In this document: one piece after another, positions 62,701-64,000 of the stretch
How the letters are laid out: each line of letters begins with the position of its first letter
Position numbering within the stretch: the stretch's first letter is position 1
DNA from: Squalus acanthias
Taxonomy: Eukaryota
DNA: 64,000 bases
NCBI GenBank assembly: GCA_030390025.1
Contig: CM059438.1
Location: forward strand, 61,630,001-61,694,000
Direction of reading: 5' to 3'
The notes under the pieces: generated by a model
The model's input: the letters and a program-made list of their open reading frames with translations, nothing else
What the model was told of the DNA's origin: nothing
Databases searched by the model: none
Program-made: the position numbers and the translations under genes

Positions 62701-63268
62701 AGACCACACCTGGAGTATTGTGTACAGTTTTGGTCTCCTTACCTAAGGAAGGATATACTTGCCATAGAGGGACTGCAATGAAGGTTTACCAGACTGATTC
62801 CTGGGATGGGGGGGATTGTTCTATGAGGAGAGATTGAGTAGACTAGGCCTATATTCTCTGGAGTTTAGAAGAATGAGAGGTGATCTCTTTGAGACATACA
62901 AAATTCTTACAGGGCTTGACAGGGTAGATGCAGGGAGGATGTTTCCCCTGGCTGGGGAGTCTAGAACCAGGGGTCACAATCTCAGAATAATGGGTCAGCT
63001 ATTTAGGACTGAGATGAGGAGAAATTTCTTCACTCAGAGGGTGGTGAATCTTTGGAATTCTCTACCCCAGAGGACTGTGGAGGCTCAGTCGTTGAGTATA
63101 TTCAAGATAGAGATCGATAGATTTTTGGATATTAAGCGAATTAAGGGATATGGGGATAGTGCAGGAAAGTGGAGTTGAGGTAGAAGGTCAGCCATGATCT
63201 CATTGAATGGCAGAGCAGGCTCGAGGGGCCGAATGGCCTACTCCTGCTCCTATTTCTTATGTTCTTAT
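59720..63268 (+). mobile_element. CR1 fragments (short 59720..59925; long 59925..63268) interrupted by an antisense CR1
   Basis: RT ORFs 59897, 60565, 60674, 60944 and 62816; TTCTTATG tail at ~63255. Confidence 0.92.
61132..62625 (-). mobile_element. Young 5'-truncated CR1 with uninterrupted 465-aa RT ORF
   Basis: ORF 61225..62622; TTTCTATG tail; ATGTT duplicated at 61127-61131 / 62626-62630. Confidence 0.92.
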
Positions 63269-63269
63269 G

Positions 63270-64000
63270 GAAAGCTGGAACTCTCTCCCCCAAAAAGCTG
63301 TTGAGGCTGGGGGTCCATTGAAAATTTGAAAACTGAGATTGATAGATTTTTGTTGGGTAAGGGTGTTAAGGGTTATGGAACCAAGGCGAGTAAATGGAGT
63401 TAAGATACAGATCAGCCATGATCTAGTTGAATGCCAGAACAGGCTCGAGGGGCTGAATGGCCTCCTTCTGTTCCTACATTCTTGAGGGTCAGGGAGCTGT
63501 TGCCAGAGTCTTGGGAATTTCCCTGTATCACGGGCTATGGAGAAATTCCAAAAAGGAGACATATGTATGGAGGCAGAGGGTTTGGCTGAGGTACTAAATG
63601 TCTTCACCAAGGAAGGGGATGCTGCCATAGACATAGTAAAGGGGGAGGTAGTGGAGATGCTTCATAGGATAAAAATTGATAAAGAGGAGGTATTAGAAAA
63701 GCTGGCTGTACTTAAAGTAGATAAGTCACCAGGAGCGGATGGGATGCATCCTGATGCTGAGGGAATTGAGGGAGGAAATTGCAGAGGTACTGGCCATAAT
63801 ATTCCAATCCTCCTTAGATACGGGAGTGGTGCCAGAGGACTGGAGAATTGCAAATGTTACACCCTTGTTTAAAATAAACCCAGCAACTACAGGCCAGACA
63901 GTTTGACCTCGGTAGTGGGGAAGCTTTTAGAAACAGTAATCAGGGACAAAATTAACAGTCACTTGGACAAGTGTGGATTAATTAAGGAAAGCCAGCACGG
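63270..64000 (+). mobile_element. Further CR1 fragments
   Basis: 3' UTR fragment then KSPG.DG / NVTPLF / NYRP RT region. Confidence 0.8.

Overview
Eukaryotic, repeat-dense vertebrate genomic DNA. The mix of CR1 and L2 LINEs, tRNA-derived SINEs, Penelope-like elements and Harbinger transposons suggests a cartilaginous fish (inference). Two spliced + strand host genes are visible, neither captured intact by the ORF track. The first is the 3' end of an unrecognised gene built from 32-74 nt micro-exons (1919..29137, polyA signal at 29250). The second is the 5' part of a C9orf43/DUF4647-like gene (putative RFX-box promoter and first exon near 37200; coding exons at 43049, 49243, 53284 and 59420). 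Introns and the intergenic gap contain a defective Gypsy element with PPT and 3' LTR, and a near-full-length CR1. They also hold four Harbinger/PIF elements, one apparently intact (14917..19168, perfect TIRs, ATA TSD, open transposase, open 3-exon Myb/SANT gene), a solo LTR and a Vingi/Ingi-like LINE. Three Penelope-like insertions carry minimal hammerhead ribozymes; one forms an apparently perfect 374-bp inverted repeat with a ribozyme on each strand. Six minisatellites are present. Exon models, TSDs and family assignments were read by eye; no database search was run.
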